A stretch of DNA of 64,000 nt from Callorhinchus milii. Its lineage: Eukaryota. The notes under the pieces are model-generated. The model saw nothing but the letters and a program-made list of their open reading frames with translations, did no database searches and was not told the origin of the DNA. Shown one piece after another: positions 62,900 through 64,000 of the stretch. Within the stretch, counting starts at the first letter, position 1, and every line of letters begins with the position of its first letter. Location: NCBI RefSeq assembly GCF_018977255.1, contig NW_024704742.1, positions 34,288,001 to 34,352,000 on the forward strand, in the 5' to 3' direction. The position numbers were made by a program, and so were the translations under genes.

Positions 62900-63290
62900 T
62901 TTTTAATAGTATCCCTTCAGAAGGAATCTGAGTCACGCAAATGGGGACTCTTTCCGATAACTGGAGGCACACACAAAAAAAACATTTGGTCACTCAATCC
63001 ACATCTGTTTGTGGAGGACTGCTGTGTGCAATTGGCTGCACGTTTTGCCCACAAACTACACAGTATATCCACTTTACAGTATATTCTGTGAAGCACTTTG
63101 AGACGTCTCAAGGACATGATAAGGCACTATTTCAAATGCAAGGATTGTAATATATATTATATTATATAACACCTCGGCTAGCAGGGACAGCAGGAACCTA
63201 TATCTGGAACAGAATTCCTGTTGGATGAAGGAAATTCTAGCAGGATTCCTCATTAAAGAATCCTGTTAAGAAATACTGCAAATTAGTCAT
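62900..63290. repeat. Unclassified fold-back repeat copy, interrupted by a SINE
   Basis: 62900-62967 matches 15870-15940 and 60122-60160. 63170-63290 contains caggattcctcattaaagaatcctg, matching 13093-13120. Confidence 0.65.
62972..63168 (+). mobile_element. SINE family A 3' half
   Basis: ttggtcactcaatccac...ctgtgtgcaattggctgc...gagacgtctcaaggac...caaatgcaaggatt. Confidence 0.9.
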
Positions 63291-63537
63291 ATCAAATTCA
63301 TTGAAAATGCACTTTGGAATTTCTATGTAGTATATGAGATTGTCATGAGATAAACAAACCTTTGTAATCTGAATTGCTCCATGAAGCAAAAAGTGCTTTC
63401 AAATACAGAATGATCTTCCAGTCAGAAATGTTCACTGCAGGAGTGCTACCTTTACTAATATAGCATTGCATGGCTATTTTTATCAGTCGGCCAGGCATCT
63501 GACTCATAAGGAAACCATAAACATGCTTAAGAGCATC

Positions 63538-64000
63538 CAACAACAACCACAAATTGCATTTATATAGCGGCTCTCACATCGACAAGATGATGACAGTCGA
63601 GGGTTTGCACCTGAGCTGGGGGTTGGATTCAGGATGGGTGGAGGCCAAGGGGAGTGGGGTTAGGGAGTAAAAGATGACCAAAGGAGTGGACAAAGAGGAA
63701 GGTCATGAAACGGACCTTGAAGGAGGCGAAGAAAGCAATGAGGCGAAGCGTCTCTGGGATGGAGTTCCAGAGAGTGACAGCAGCCCTGCTGAATGCCTGA
63801 CCCCTAATCCTGGGGCGGGCAGAGCAGGGGAAATGAAGCAGGTCAGTGCCTGCCAAGCGGAGAGAGTGGGTAGGTTGGTAGGATTTTAGAAGGTTGCAGA
63901 GGTAGGGTGAAGCAAGACTGTAGAGAGATTTAAAAGTGAGGACAATGATGTTGAACTCTATCCTTTGGGGAATGGGAAGCCAGTGGAGCTGCATGAGAAT
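63538..64000 (-). mobile_element. L2 LINE 3' part, runs off the window edge
   Basis: Minus-strand ORF LHWLPIPQRIEFNIIVLTFKSL..LASPYL...AFSRAAVTLWNSIP, plus tail. Confidence 0.92.

Noticed and set aside
62875..62900. tgagattaagatt repeated twice
   Set aside because: Simple 13-bp tandem duplication with no further structure.
1..64000. CRISPR arrays, operons, rRNA, snoRNA or known miRNA genes
   Set aside because: No regularly spaced repeat-spacer array or prokaryotic gene organisation. Seed-like matches (for example tgaggtag, tcacagtg, ttgcatagtc) do not extend to the mature miRNAs, and C-box-like words lack a suitably placed D box.

Overview
This is eukaryotic, AT-rich, CpG-depleted vertebrate DNA. 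I cannot support any intact protein-coding host gene; the long ORFs I can assign are retrotransposon relics and the rest are short or unassignable. The repeat repertoire points to a cartilaginous fish, probably a chimaera (inference from family resemblance, not from a search). It includes two tRNA-headed SINE families with Deu-SINE-like cores and L2-type 3' tails, L2 and CR1 LINE fragments, a Penelope-like element and several MITEs. The main structured features are: (1) a 2.7-kb Penelope/Neptune-type retroelement (42898-45574) built as two inverted arms inside a 10-bp target-site duplication (TSD), carrying a decayed minimal hammerhead ribozyme; (2) two long decayed L2 copies (49279-51310 minus, about 52715-55770 plus); (3) many nested insertions with readable TSDs that give a relative chronology; (4) an L2 insertion that captured 40 bp copied from 1.2 kb away; (5) a dispersed fold-back repeat family I cannot classify, with five or more fragments; (6) several repeat-free, homeobox-motif-rich blocks resembling conserved non-coding elements. 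I see no clear evidence of a wholly new biological system. The best leads are the unclassified palindromic family and the ribozyme-bearing inverted Penelope element. Boundaries without a TSD are approximate.
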